From positions 1 through 38,570 of IMG/VR virus record IMGVR_UViG_3300038314_001614: a DNA stretch of 38,570 nt. One strand, written 5' to 3'. Positions 1 to 8,274 of the stretch are shown one piece after another (within the stretch, counting starts at the first letter, position 1; every line of letters starts with the position of its first letter). Source of the DNA: a virus (lineage: Duplodnaviria; Caudoviricetes). The notes under the pieces were generated by a model, which was not told where the DNA came from, did no database searches, and saw nothing but the letters and a program-made list of their open reading frames with translations. Made by a program: the position numbers and the translations under genes.

Positions 1-18
1 AAGCCAGTGGAGGAAATA

Positions 19-342
19 ATGGATAACATCAAAATAAATTATGCCTTGATATTCGCGGTCATACTGCAAGCGATAGGGTTGATCTGGTATGTATCCAAGC
101 TAGACAGCAAGGTGGAAGCTGTTTACAAGTTTTATCAGGAAGAATCCCAAAAATCCGTTGTTGTTACCCAAGCGAAAATGAAGTTTGATTTAGATCTTCT
201 TAAAAAAGACTTGGCTATAATCAAGGCTGATCTTAAAAAGAACCAAGACAAATCAAAAGAGATTGTTAAGCAACACGGTCAAATATTTGAACTCCTGAAG
301 ACTAAAAAACCAGTTCCTTCAGGATATAATTATGGCGGTTAA
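19..342 (+). CDS. Membrane-anchored coiled-coil protein (107 aa)
   Basis: GGAGG at 8-12 favours ATG 19 over GTG 7; N-terminal hydrophobic segment (YALIFAVILQAIGLIWYV) followed by a heptad-rich helix; ends YNYGG. Confidence 0.7.
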   Translation: MDNIKINYALIFAVILQAIGLIWYVSKLDSKVEAVYKFYQEESQKSVVVTQAKMKFDLDLLKKDLAIIKADLKKNQDKSKEIVKQHGQIFELLKTKKPVPSGYNYGG

Positions 343-344
343 GA

Positions 345-947
345 ATGGCTGAAGTCGATGTAGGCGGTGTTAAATTCAAGGGCGGAAAGCTGGTTGTGGT
401 ATTCACGCTTCTGTCAACCCTTGGCGGCGGGTTATGGGCAGGATTTGAATTTTACAAAGACTATATGGATATGCGGGAGAAAATCGAAAGCTACACCGCC
501 CCTGATTTAAGCGGTTTTGATAAAAAACTTGCTGTAATGCAAAAAACGATGGCAAGCGTAAGCAAGGAAATGGCCTCTGTTCGGATGAGGGTAGGCGAAA
601 TCCAGACTGTTGTGAGGGATATTCGGTCAGATACACGGGCGGAAATAGACAAGGTTTATACCAATATAGGGGCTGTCAGCAAAAGATCACGGACCTTGGA
701 TGCTGAAACCCGAAATGTTATGCGCCGAACAGAGAAAACTGTTAGGGATGTAACTACCCAGAATGAAAAACATGTTCGGGAAGTTGTCGAGGGTGCGACA
801 ACAAGGATGGATAATAAAATTAATTCCGCCAATACGCGGTTTGATACAAAAATCAGTTCTGTAGATACAAAACTTGACACACTGGAAAAGCGGATATTTA
901 AGGCAATTAAACGGGCCTTGGATAACCCCTTGTTAAAAAGGAAATAA
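345..947 (+). CDS. Membrane-anchored long coiled-coil protein (200 aa)
   Basis: TM segment LVVVFTLLSTLGGGLWAGF followed by ~160 aa of predicted coiled coil; tightly packed in the operon. Confidence 0.75.
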   Translation: MAEVDVGGVKFKGGKLVVVFTLLSTLGGGLWAGFEFYKDYMDMREKIESYTAPDLSGFDKKLAVMQKTMASVSKEMASVRMRVGEIQTVVRDIRSDTRAEIDKVYTNIGAVSKRSRTLDAETRNVMRRTEKTVRDVTTQNEKHVREVVEGATTRMDNKINSANTRFDTKISSVDTKLDTLEKRIFKAIKRALDNPLLKRK

Positions 948-949
948 AC

Positions 950-1282
950 ATGGCAAAAAAACCAAGGAAAACACTACAGGCGGATTCAGCTTATGCGGAA
1001 TATGATGTAGATGGGGATGGCATTGTTTCAGATAAGGAACTGGAAACGATAAAAGCTATACATGAGGCGGAAACAGCCGAGGAGAAGGCAGACGCCCAGC
1101 GTCAAATGGCGTGGATTTCCCTTCTTTCCATGCTTGTATTTACGGCGCTGGTTTTCTTACCTATTTTTCCAGATAGTCGTATTAAAGCTCTGGCTGATTT
1201 ATTTGGTTTATTCTATATTGGCATGGCCGGAGTAGTAGGTGCTTACATGGGAATGACGGCTTACATGAGCGCGAAAAAATAG
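950..1282 (+). CDS. Putative holin (2 TM) with an N-terminal EF-hand-like loop
   Basis: AAGGA RBS; two hydrophobic helices (WISLLSMLVFTALVFLPIF; LFGLFYIGMAGVVGAYMGM); basic C-terminus; lies upstream of the spanin pair; DVDGDGIVSDKE loop. Confidence 0.6.
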   Translation: MAKKPRKTLQADSAYAEYDVDGDGIVSDKELETIKAIHEAETAEEKADAQRQMAWISLLSMLVFTALVFLPIFPDSRIKALADLFGLFYIGMAGVVGAYMGMTAYMSAKK

Positions 1283-1291
1283 AGACTTAAG

Positions 1292-1384
1292 ATGACCTTA
1301 ATCGGAGTTCATCTTAGTTATGGAGAAGCTACAATTATTGTCCTTGTTGTAGTTGTTATTATTTTACTTGCGCGTAGAACATAG
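1292..1384 (+). CDS. Small single-TM peptide (30 aa), absent from ORF track
   Basis: Own translation MTLIGVHLSYGEATIIVLVVVVIILLARRT*; fills the gap between the holin-like gene and i-spanin; TM followed by RR (positive-inside rule). Confidence 0.6.
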   Translation: MTLIGVHLSYGEATIIVLVVVVIILLARRT

Positions 1385-1386
1385 CA

Positions 1387-1779
1387 ATGATGATAAAAAT
1401 TTATATTCTTATTTTAGTTTTGGGTCTTGTTGGAGGCGCTGTCTACGGGGGTTATTATTACTACAAAGACACGCAGGAGCGGATCAAAGTCTTGACAGAA
1501 AACTCGGCAAAATTAGAAGCTGCCAAGCAAGCTCAGGATAATACTATAAAAACTTTGAAAGAGGATGCCACAAAATACCGCAAGCTTAATAAAGAGCTAG
1601 GAACTAACCTACAGAAGGCGGAAAAGTATAAAAATAATCTGATTGGTAAATTAAGAAAACACAATTTAACGCGACTAAGCCAACAAAAGCCGAATCTGGT
1701 GGAAAAGAAGATAAACCGTGGAACTAAAAAGTTACTGGAAAGTTTTGAGCATATTACTGCTGTCCCTGACACTAAGTAG
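1387..1779 (+). CDS. Inner-membrane spanin (Rz-like)
   Basis: N-terminal TM (IYILILVLGLVGGAVYGGY) plus periplasmic coiled coil; its 3' end overlaps a lipoprotein gene. Confidence 0.75.
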   Translation: MMIKIYILILVLGLVGGAVYGGYYYYKDTQERIKVLTENSAKLEAAKQAQDNTIKTLKEDATKYRKLNKELGTNLQKAEKYKNNLIGKLRKHNLTRLSQQKPNLVEKKINRGTKKLLESFEHITAVPDTK

Positions 1780-2113
1780 TTGTGCAGGGTGGGATGCGCT
1801 CAAAAGAATTGAGGTTAAAACCGTGGAGGTTGACCGTGTTATTCCGACGCAAAACAGGCCGCGTCAGCTTGATTTGAATGATATAACGTGGTTTGTTGTC
1901 ACCGATCAAAATTTTAATCAATTCAAAAAGAAATACACTAAGCAGAATGGGGCTTTCCTATTTTATGCCATCAGTGTCCGGGATTATGAGACTTTAGCCC
2001 TTAATATGGCAGAAATTAAACGGTATATCGAACAACAGAAACAGATTATTATCTATTATGAAAAAGCGGTTGCTCCAAAACCGAAACCAGAAGCAAAAAA
2101 AGTTAAAAAATAA
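1718..2113 (+). CDS. Outer-membrane spanin lipoprotein (Rz1-like)
   Basis: GTG start; signal peptide II with lipobox L-S-S-C (C22); 62-nt overlap with the i-spanin in another frame. Confidence 0.75.
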   Translation: MELKSYWKVLSILLLSLTLSSCAGWDALKRIEVKTVEVDRVIPTQNRPRQLDLNDITWFVVTDQNFNQFKKKYTKQNGAFLFYAISVRDYETLALNMAEIKRYIEQQKQIIIYYEKAVAPKPKPEAKKVKK

Positions 2114-2122
2114 GGAAGCTTG

Positions 2123-2311
2123 ATGGACGGGATCTTTTTAGCAGAACATTTATTGAAACAGATTAAAGAGCGGCGGGAGCGTATTTCCGAGATGATGACC
2201 GGAGGAACTATAAAAACTTATGAGGAATACAAACAATTGGTTGGCTCTATTGAATCTTTAGACTATATAGGACAGGAGCTAAGAGAAATCCTAGAAAAGG
2301 CTGATCAATGA
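2123..2311 (+). CDS. Small helical head-module hypothetical protein (62 aa)
   Basis: AAGGA at 2112-2116 fits ATG 2123; ATGA overlap with the next gene. Confidence 0.7.
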   Translation: MDGIFLAEHLLKQIKERRERISEMMTGGTIKTYEEYKQLVGSIESLDYIGQELREILEKADQ

Positions 2312-2751
2312 AAGATAAATCCGAGGCATTAAAAAAAGATAATCTAGTTTCTATAAAAGATGCTTATATTAATGTGGAAGAAAAGGTTTTGGATCCTGAT
2401 AAGTTGGATTTAAGTTCCTTTGAGCGTCTTCCTTCCCCGACTGGTTGGCGTATTTTGATACTTCCCTACCGGGGTAAAGGAAAGACGGAAGGTGGTGTTT
2501 TTCTTCCGGATGCTATTGTTGATAGAGAATCCATAGCTACAGTTTGTGGTTATGTTCTTAAAACAGGTCCTCTTGTTTATAAAGACAAGGAAAAATTTCC
2601 TAGCGGTGCGTGGTGTAAGGAAAAGGATTGGGTTATTTTCGGGCGTTATGCGGGAGCCCGATTTAAAATAGACGGAGGAGAAGTCCGCATATTAAATGAT
2701 GACGAAATAATAGCGGTTATACAGGATCCCGAAGACATCCTGCATTTTTAA
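2308..2751 (+). CDS. groES: GroES/Cpn10-like co-chaperonin
   Basis: PTGWRILI, mobile loop KTEGGVFLP, VLKTGP, VIFGRYAG, RILNDDEIIAVI match Cpn10 motifs; ~40-aa N-terminal extension. Confidence 0.9.
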   Translation: MKDKSEALKKDNLVSIKDAYINVEEKVLDPDKLDLSSFERLPSPTGWRILILPYRGKGKTEGGVFLPDAIVDRESIATVCGYVLKTGPLVYKDKEKFPSGAWCKEKDWVIFGRYAGARFKIDGGEVRILNDDEIIAVIQDPEDILHF

Positions 2752-2766
2752 CATGGAGAAAGTCCC

Positions 2767-3672
2767 ATGCCTGAACCTCAACAAGAAGAACTTACCGTGG
2801 ACCTTCCTTCAGAAGGACAATCGGTTTCTGTAAATGTAGAGCCCAGCACTTTAAACACGGAGGCTGAGGCAGAAGCAGAAGTTGAAAATGTTGAAGAACA
2901 TGAAGACTATAGTAAAAAAGTTAAAAAGCGTATTGATAAACTTACCAAGAAAGTAAGAGAAGCGGAGCGCCAACAGCAGGCGGCTATTGATTACGCTAAA
3001 AATATACAGCAGGAAAACAGTGCGCTTAAAACACGGGTCCAAAGTCTTGATGTGGGCTATGTTAATGAGTACAGCGACCGCGTAACCTCTCAGGCTGAAT
3101 CTTTAGAGAAAGATTTAGAAACAGCAATAGCGACAAATGATACGGCTTCCCAGGTTGAGCTTAATAAGAAAATGGCCCAACTTGCTATTGAGCAGGAACG
3201 TGTAAGAGCGGCCAAGCAGGAGCAGGAACGAATAAATAAACAGTCCCAGCAACAGCAGCAGTATCAGCAACAAGTGGCCGCTCAATCTCCCGCACAGGGG
3301 CAGGTACCAGTTCGACCAGATCCTAAAGCTGAAGAATGGGCAAATAGGAACGATTGGTTTGGTCAAGATGAAGCCATGACCTTTGCTTCTTTTGGCATTC
3401 ATAAAACTCTTGTTGAAGAAGAAGGGTTTGACACAAACTCCGAGGAATATTACTCTGAAATAGATAAACGCATGAAAGAAGCTTTTCCGCACAAGTTTGG
3501 AGAAGGTTCTCAAGTTGTCGTATCAGAGGGTAGGCGGCCTCAACAGGCTGTAGCCTCTGCAACCCGCTCCAGCAATTCTGGGCGCAAAACAGTAAGACTT
3601 TCTCCAAGTGAAGTTGCAATCGCAAGGAAGCTTGGGGTATCTCTTGATGAGTACGCGAAACATAAACGCTAG
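2767..3672 (+). CDS. Capsid scaffolding protein
   Basis: Acidic N-terminus, long coiled coil, Q-rich linker, C-terminal helix-turn-helix (LSPSEVAIARKLGVSLDEYAK); sits upstream of the capsid genes. Confidence 0.7.
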   Translation: MPEPQQEELTVDLPSEGQSVSVNVEPSTLNTEAEAEAEVENVEEHEDYSKKVKKRIDKLTKKVREAERQQQAAIDYAKNIQQENSALKTRVQSLDVGYVNEYSDRVTSQAESLEKDLETAIATNDTASQVELNKKMAQLAIEQERVRAAKQEQERINKQSQQQQQYQQQVAAQSPAQGQVPVRPDPKAEEWANRNDWFGQDEAMTFASFGIHKTLVEEEGFDTNSEEYYSEIDKRMKEAFPHKFGEGSQVVVSEGRRPQQAVASATRSSNSGRKTVRLSPSEVAIARKLGVSLDEYAKHKR

Positions 3673-3683
3673 GAGACCGAAAA

Positions 3684-4157
3684 ATGGAAAATAATACAAT
3701 TGATCGTACTCCCCGCGCTTCTGAGGAACGGGCCGTAAAACCGCGCCGTCAACCTTGGAGACCCCCGTCTTTATTAGACGCACCTGACCCGCCACAAGGT
3801 TACGTTCATAGGTGGATACGTTCCGAGGTCCGGGGCTTTGACGACCGAAAAAATATTTCTGCCCGTGTTAGAGAAGGGTGGGAACTTGTTCGGAAAGATG
3901 AGTATCCGGAATTTGAAGCCCCTACCGTTGAAGGTGGAAGATACGAAGGTGTCTTTGGTGTGGGAGGATTGTTGCTGGCTCGAATTCCAGTAGAAATTGT
4001 TGAAGAACGCAAATCTTATTTTAATCAGATGAATGCCGATGCTATGGCAGCCGTTGACAATGATCTTCTTAAAGAATCCCAGCATCATTCGATGGCGATT
4101 CAGAAACCTGAACGCCAGTCGCGTGTTACATTTGGAGGTCCTAAGCAAGAGAGCTAG
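3684..4157 (+). CDS. Conserved head-module protein, function unknown
   Basis: AGGAG RBS; 157-aa ORF between scaffold and capsid genes. Confidence 0.7.
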   Translation: MENNTIDRTPRASEERAVKPRRQPWRPPSLLDAPDPPQGYVHRWIRSEVRGFDDRKNISARVREGWELVRKDEYPEFEAPTVEGGRYEGVFGVGGLLLARIPVEIVEERKSYFNQMNADAMAAVDNDLLKESQHHSMAIQKPERQSRVTFGGPKQES

Positions 4158-4199
4158 GGCTTATTGTTTTAAACCCTTTGCTTTAAGGAGCAAAAAGAT

Positions 4200-4844
4200 A
4201 TGGCTAATACCAACGGAAAATTTGGTCTGCGCCCTCTGAGTAAACAAGGAGGAGCAGCCAATTCCACAGGTATGTCCAACTACTCGATGTATGAAATTGC
4301 AAATGGCAATACTAGCAAGTTTTATCATGGCGAACCCGTGATACCTCTTTCTACTGGCTATATTGATGTGCCCGGTGCGGCGGCTGGTGGAACAGTCGGT
4401 TTGCTAGGTGTCTTTCAAGGTTGCGAATATGTTTCGAGTACCACTGGAAAACCTACGTGGAGCAACACATGGCCCGGTTCTGGGGCTAATAGTAACCATC
4501 CTATCAAGGCGTATGTAAACGATGATCCTATGCAATTATACGTGATTGCAACGGATGCGTCATGGACAAGCAAAGCTACGGCTCGTGCCGCTGTCTTTGC
4601 TAACGCTAACGGTTCGACTCTAATCACTGGTGATGATACTTCTGGTTTATCTTACGGTCGTCTGGCAATCAGTACGATTGCTACTACCGCCGCCCTACAG
4701 TTTAGGATTATGGGTTGGGTAGAGGACGCGGCAAACGAAGATTTTTCAGCAGCCGGGATTGGTGCAATTGTCAGGTTGAATAACCACTTCAATAGCAATA
4801 ACGGCGCTATTGCGGCTGGAACACCTTCAACCACTGGCGTATAG
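4200..4844 (+). CDS. Putative capsid decoration/minor capsid protein
   Basis: AAGGAG RBS; G/A/S/T-rich beta-type protein immediately upstream of the major capsid gene. Confidence 0.6.
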   Translation: MANTNGKFGLRPLSKQGGAANSTGMSNYSMYEIANGNTSKFYHGEPVIPLSTGYIDVPGAAAGGTVGLLGVFQGCEYVSSTTGKPTWSNTWPGSGANSNHPIKAYVNDDPMQLYVIATDASWTSKATARAAVFANANGSTLITGDDTSGLSYGRLAISTIATTAALQFRIMGWVEDAANEDFSAAGIGAIVRLNNHFNSNNGAIAAGTPSTTGV

Positions 4845-4857
4845 GAGGGTTTGAAAA

Positions 4858-5766
4858 ATGGCTATAAGCAGAGCACAACTCGTTAAAGAGTTGGAACCCG
4901 GCCTGAACGCATTGTTCGGTTTGGAGTACGACCAGTATGACCGTGAGCACGAAGCGATCTTTTCAATGGAAAGTTCTGATCGTGCGTTTGAAGAAGAGGT
5001 AATGTTGTCCGGTTTCGGAACAGCTCCTACCAAATCTGAGGGCACAGCGGTGTCTTTTGATGACGCGCAAGAAGTGTACACGGCTCGTTATACAATGGAG
5101 ACAATTGCCTTGGCATTCTCCATTACGGAAGAAGCTATCGAGGACAACCTTTATGACCGTCTTGCCAGTCGGTATACAAAGGCCCTTGCACGTAGTATGA
5201 GCCAAACGAAGCAAGTTAAGGGCGCAGCCGTTCTTAATAATGCTTTTGACAGCACATACACAGGAGGAGATTCTAAGGAGCTTTGTGCGACTGATCATCC
5301 TCTTGCAAACGGCAACACCTTCCGAAATGAGCTTTCAACAGCGGCGGATCTTAATGAAACCAGCTTAGAGCAGGCTTTGATAGATATCGCAGGCTTTGTT
5401 GATGAACGTGGTCTTAAAGTATCTGTTCGCGGTACTAAAATGATTCTTCCAAAGGAGCTTCAATTTACTGCGGATCGTCTTTTAGAATCCACTCTTCGTC
5501 CCGGAACAGCGGATAACGATATCAATGCCGTTCGGAACATGGGAATGCTTCCGGAAGGTTATTCCGTTAACCATTTTCTGACGGATACGGATGCGTGGTT
5601 TATTATAACGGATGCGCCAAATGGCCTGAAAGGTTTTAACAGGACGGCTGTTCGGACTTCCATGGAAGGTGATTTTGACACCGGTAACGTGCGGTATAAG
5701 GCCCGAGAACGCTATGCGTTTGGTTGGTCTGATCCTCGCGGAATCTTCGGAACACCTGGAGCATAA
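4858..5766 (+). CDS. Major capsid protein (Mu-like gpT family, HK97 fold)
   Basis: AGGAGG RBS; MAISRAQLVKELEPGLNALFGLEY...EGDFDTGNVRYKARERYAFGWSDPRG recognised as the capsid of this marine phage group; followed by a strong hairpin. Confidence 0.88.
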   Translation: MAISRAQLVKELEPGLNALFGLEYDQYDREHEAIFSMESSDRAFEEEVMLSGFGTAPTKSEGTAVSFDDAQEVYTARYTMETIALAFSITEEAIEDNLYDRLASRYTKALARSMSQTKQVKGAAVLNNAFDSTYTGGDSKELCATDHPLANGNTFRNELSTAADLNETSLEQALIDIAGFVDERGLKVSVRGTKMILPKELQFTADRLLESTLRPGTADNDINAVRNMGMLPEGYSVNHFLTDTDAWFIITDAPNGLKGFNRTAVRTSMEGDFDTGNVRYKARERYAFGWSDPRGIFGTPGA

Positions 5767-5777
5767 CTAAGAAGCTA

Positions 5778-5806
5778 CGGGGGAAGGGAAACTTTCCCCC
5801 GCTTAA
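5778..5806 (+). terminator. GC-rich hairpin after the capsid gene (terminator or mRNA stabiliser)
   Basis: CGGGGGAAGG-GAAA-CTTTCCCCCG: 10 bp with one G-U and a GNRA loop; weak U-tract (CTTAAT), so probably leaky. Confidence 0.65.
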
Positions 5807-5883
5807 TCTGGGATTAATAGTTCTAGCGACTGCCCCAGCAGACTCTTACAAGACGCTAGAGCGAACCCTTTGTAAGGAGGTCT
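5807..5883 (+). ncRNA. Structured cis-RNA downstream of the gpT-like capsid gene (probable Mu-gpT-DE-like motif)
   Basis: Three crossing helices: CTGGG 5808-12/CCCAG 5834-38; GTTCTAGCG 5820-28/CGCTAGAGC 5854-62; CTTACAAG 5845-52/TTTGTAAG 5869-76, which overlaps the SD. Family assignment from recalled genomic context only. Confidence 0.6.
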
Positions 5884-5886
5884 TTT

Positions 5887-6444
5887 ATGGCTAATACTAC
5901 TTTTAATGGCCCAGTACGTTCGGAAAATGGTTTTGAGCAAATTAGTGTAACTTCCGGCACAGGTGCTGTTACCACCAATCTTGATATTGACACGAGTGGT
6001 AATTTAGTTACCACGGGCTATGTTTCATCTTATGACAACATTGTTTCGATTGAGGATGCTACTTATACAGTTGCAACAACTCAATCCGGTGCCGTTTTTA
6101 CCCTTAACCGTGCAGCGGGTATTGTTGTCACATTGCCAACGGCAGCGGCAGGGCTTCAATATACTTTTATTGTCGGTACGACTTTTACTGGCGCAGGACA
6201 AATCAATACGCAAAATACCAGCGATCTTTATTCTGGTTTTGCCCAACTTTTTGATCCGGCGACTGCTGGAGACACCAATACCTTTATTCCAGACGCTAGT
6301 GATGATGATACTATTGATCTTGGCACAGCGGCCCAAGGATGGCTTGTTGGTGGTATTATTCGACTGAAAGCTACTACAGCAGCGGTATGGCATTGTGAAG
6401 CTTTTCTGCATGGTGATGGTACTTTAGCAACGCCCTTTGAATAA
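5887..6444 (+). CDS. Virion structural protein (head fibre/decoration-like)
   Basis: AAGGAGG RBS; MANTTFNGPVRSENGF N-terminus; T/G/A-rich beta composition. Confidence 0.65.
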   Translation: MANTTFNGPVRSENGFEQISVTSGTGAVTTNLDIDTSGNLVTTGYVSSYDNIVSIEDATYTVATTQSGAVFTLNRAAGIVVTLPTAAAGLQYTFIVGTTFTGAGQINTQNTSDLYSGFAQLFDPATAGDTNTFIPDASDDDTIDLGTAAQGWLVGGIIRLKATTAAVWHCEAFLHGDGTLATPFE

Positions 6445-6459
6445 GTAGAGGAGTGAGTC

Positions 6460-6864
6460 ATGGCAGATGCTGTAACGGCCACTACAGTAATTGATGGAGT
6501 AAGGACTGCTGTTGTTTATTGCACTAATACAAGTGATGGAACTGGTGAATCTGCTGTTACAAAAGTAGATGTTTCAGGTTTGTCTACAAATTCAGAAGGC
6601 ACTTCCTGCACAGGAGTGAGACTGGAAAAAATTTCTTTCTCCAATGTAGGCATGGGTGTAAAAGTTCTTTGGAATGCTTCCACTAATGTTATTGCAGCGG
6701 AGCTTCCTGCGGACTATGCCGATACCCTGGATTATTCTGATATTAGTGGTCTTCCGAATGTTGCTGCTTCCGGTGGCAAAACCGGAGACATAAAGTTTAC
6801 GACAGTTGGTCATAGTAGTGGGGACACATATTCAGTGGTTCTTTATTGCTTAAAAGAATACTAA
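6460..6864 (+). CDS. Virion structural protein
   Basis: GAGGAG RBS; 134-aa beta-rich ORF in the structural operon. Confidence 0.65.
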   Translation: MADAVTATTVIDGVRTAVVYCTNTSDGTGESAVTKVDVSGLSTNSEGTSCTGVRLEKISFSNVGMGVKVLWNASTNVIAAELPADYADTLDYSDISGLPNVAASGGKTGDIKFTTVGHSSGDTYSVVLYCLKEY

Positions 6865-6879
6865 AAGGTTCATTATATC

Positions 6880-7770
6880 ATGGCTGTTTCTGGATCTAAG
6901 GACTTCGAGCCTAATGTAGCGGATTATGTAGAAGAAGCTTTTGAACGATGTGGCTTGGAACTCCGAACCGGGTATGATGTTAAAACGGCTCGGAGGTCCT
7001 TGAACTTTTTATTCGCGGATTGGGCAAACAGAGGTCTTAATAGGTGGACAATAAACCAAGTTACTCAGACGGTTGCTGAAGATATTAATGAGTATCCCGT
7101 CGGAACCTTGACTCTTAGTGTTGCGGCAAGTGGTAGTTTTACTGTGGGGGAAACAATTACAGGAGGAAGCAGTAGTGCGACAACTTCTATTATAACGAAG
7201 CCGGACTCTACTTCTATGACAATAACGGTTCCTTCAGGAACATTTACTTCCGGAGAAACAATAACAGGGTCTTCAAGTTCTGCAACCACAACCGTTTCGT
7301 CCGCAGTTTCTTTTGAAGATGTTCAATCCACTATTGATATTTTATCGGCTGTAATTCGTCGGGATAGTACGGATTTAGCCGTTAATCGTGTCAGTCGTGA
7401 TGTTTATCTTAATATCCCAAATAAAACGACAACGGCCCGACCTATTCAATTTTACGTGGATCGACAAATTACTCCTGTTGTTAAACTTTGGCCCACCCCT
7501 GAAAACAGTACAGATCAGTTTATTTATGATCGCCTTATTCGCATAGATGATGCGGACACTTCAGTAAATACTGTGGAAATTCCCTTTCGGTTTTATCCTT
7601 GTCTTGCTGCTGGTCTCGCTTACTATATTTCTTTGAAAAAAGCCCCGGATCGAATTCAGATTTTAAAGGCTTTGTATGAAGAAGAGTTCTTGCGGGCTGC
7701 TGAAGAGGATCGGGACAAGGCCAATATTTCTTTGGTTCCTTCTTATAGTTTTGTTAGTGCGATTTCATAA
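6880..7770 (+). CDS. Head-tail adaptor/connector protein with an inserted Ser/Thr-rich repeat domain
   Basis: Helical N-terminus (EEAFERCG...ARRSLNFLFADWANRGLN), RP..FY..LWPTP core, C-terminal LAAGLAYY; insert carries FxxGETITGxSSxAT twice. Confidence 0.65.
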   Translation: MAVSGSKDFEPNVADYVEEAFERCGLELRTGYDVKTARRSLNFLFADWANRGLNRWTINQVTQTVAEDINEYPVGTLTLSVAASGSFTVGETITGGSSSATTSIITKPDSTSMTITVPSGTFTSGETITGSSSSATTTVSSAVSFEDVQSTIDILSAVIRRDSTDLAVNRVSRDVYLNIPNKTTTARPIQFYVDRQITPVVKLWPTPENSTDQFIYDRLIRIDDADTSVNTVEIPFRFYPCLAAGLAYYISLKKAPDRIQILKALYEEEFLRAAEEDRDKANISLVPSYSFVSAIS

Positions 7771-8273
7771 TGCCCCGATATGCTTCTAATAAATATGCGA
7801 TGGGAATTTCCGACAGGTCAGGTGCCGCTTATCGTCTCAAAGATATGCGTAAGGAATGGACCGGTATTCTTGTTGGAAAAGATGAATGGGAAAAGAAGCA
7901 GCCCCAGCTACTTGTAAGAAAAATTACGGCAGATCCGGAAGCTCTGCGTAATCCAAGACCTGATAGGACAGAACCTGCTGTAACGGTTCTTCTTTCTTTT
8001 AATCCGTTTAAATCCGGGGACAGTGGTTCTGCTATTATTACAGTAACGGAACCGGGTCACGGAAGAAGCACGGGTGATACGGTTAGGTTTAGGGATTCGG
8101 AATCTTTTGATGGCTTTACTGAATCGGTTATCGAGGATGAAGACGGGTATTCTATTACAAAAGTAGATGATGATAGTTACACTTTTACCGCAGGCAGTGG
8201 AACAGCAACAACGGGCAGTGTAAGAGGTGGCGGGGGCTCTGTTTCTGCGGGCCCTGTAACTGTGAGTGCATGA
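7770..8273 (+). CDS. Virion protein with a C-terminal beta domain (HG..GD.V.F type)
   Basis: TAATG coupling; C-terminal domain resembles the insert in 14216..16483. Confidence 0.65.
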   Translation: MPRYASNKYAMGISDRSGAAYRLKDMRKEWTGILVGKDEWEKKQPQLLVRKITADPEALRNPRPDRTEPAVTVLLSFNPFKSGDSGSAIITVTEPGHGRSTGDTVRFRDSESFDGFTESVIEDEDGYSITKVDDDSYTFTAGSGTATTGSVRGGGGSVSAGPVTVSA

Positions 8274-8274
8274 A

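Noticed and set aside
1353-1541. 62-aa alternative-frame ORF overlapping the i-spanin start
   Set aside because: No RBS; conflicts with the better-supported 30-aa peptide and spanin; no lipobox.
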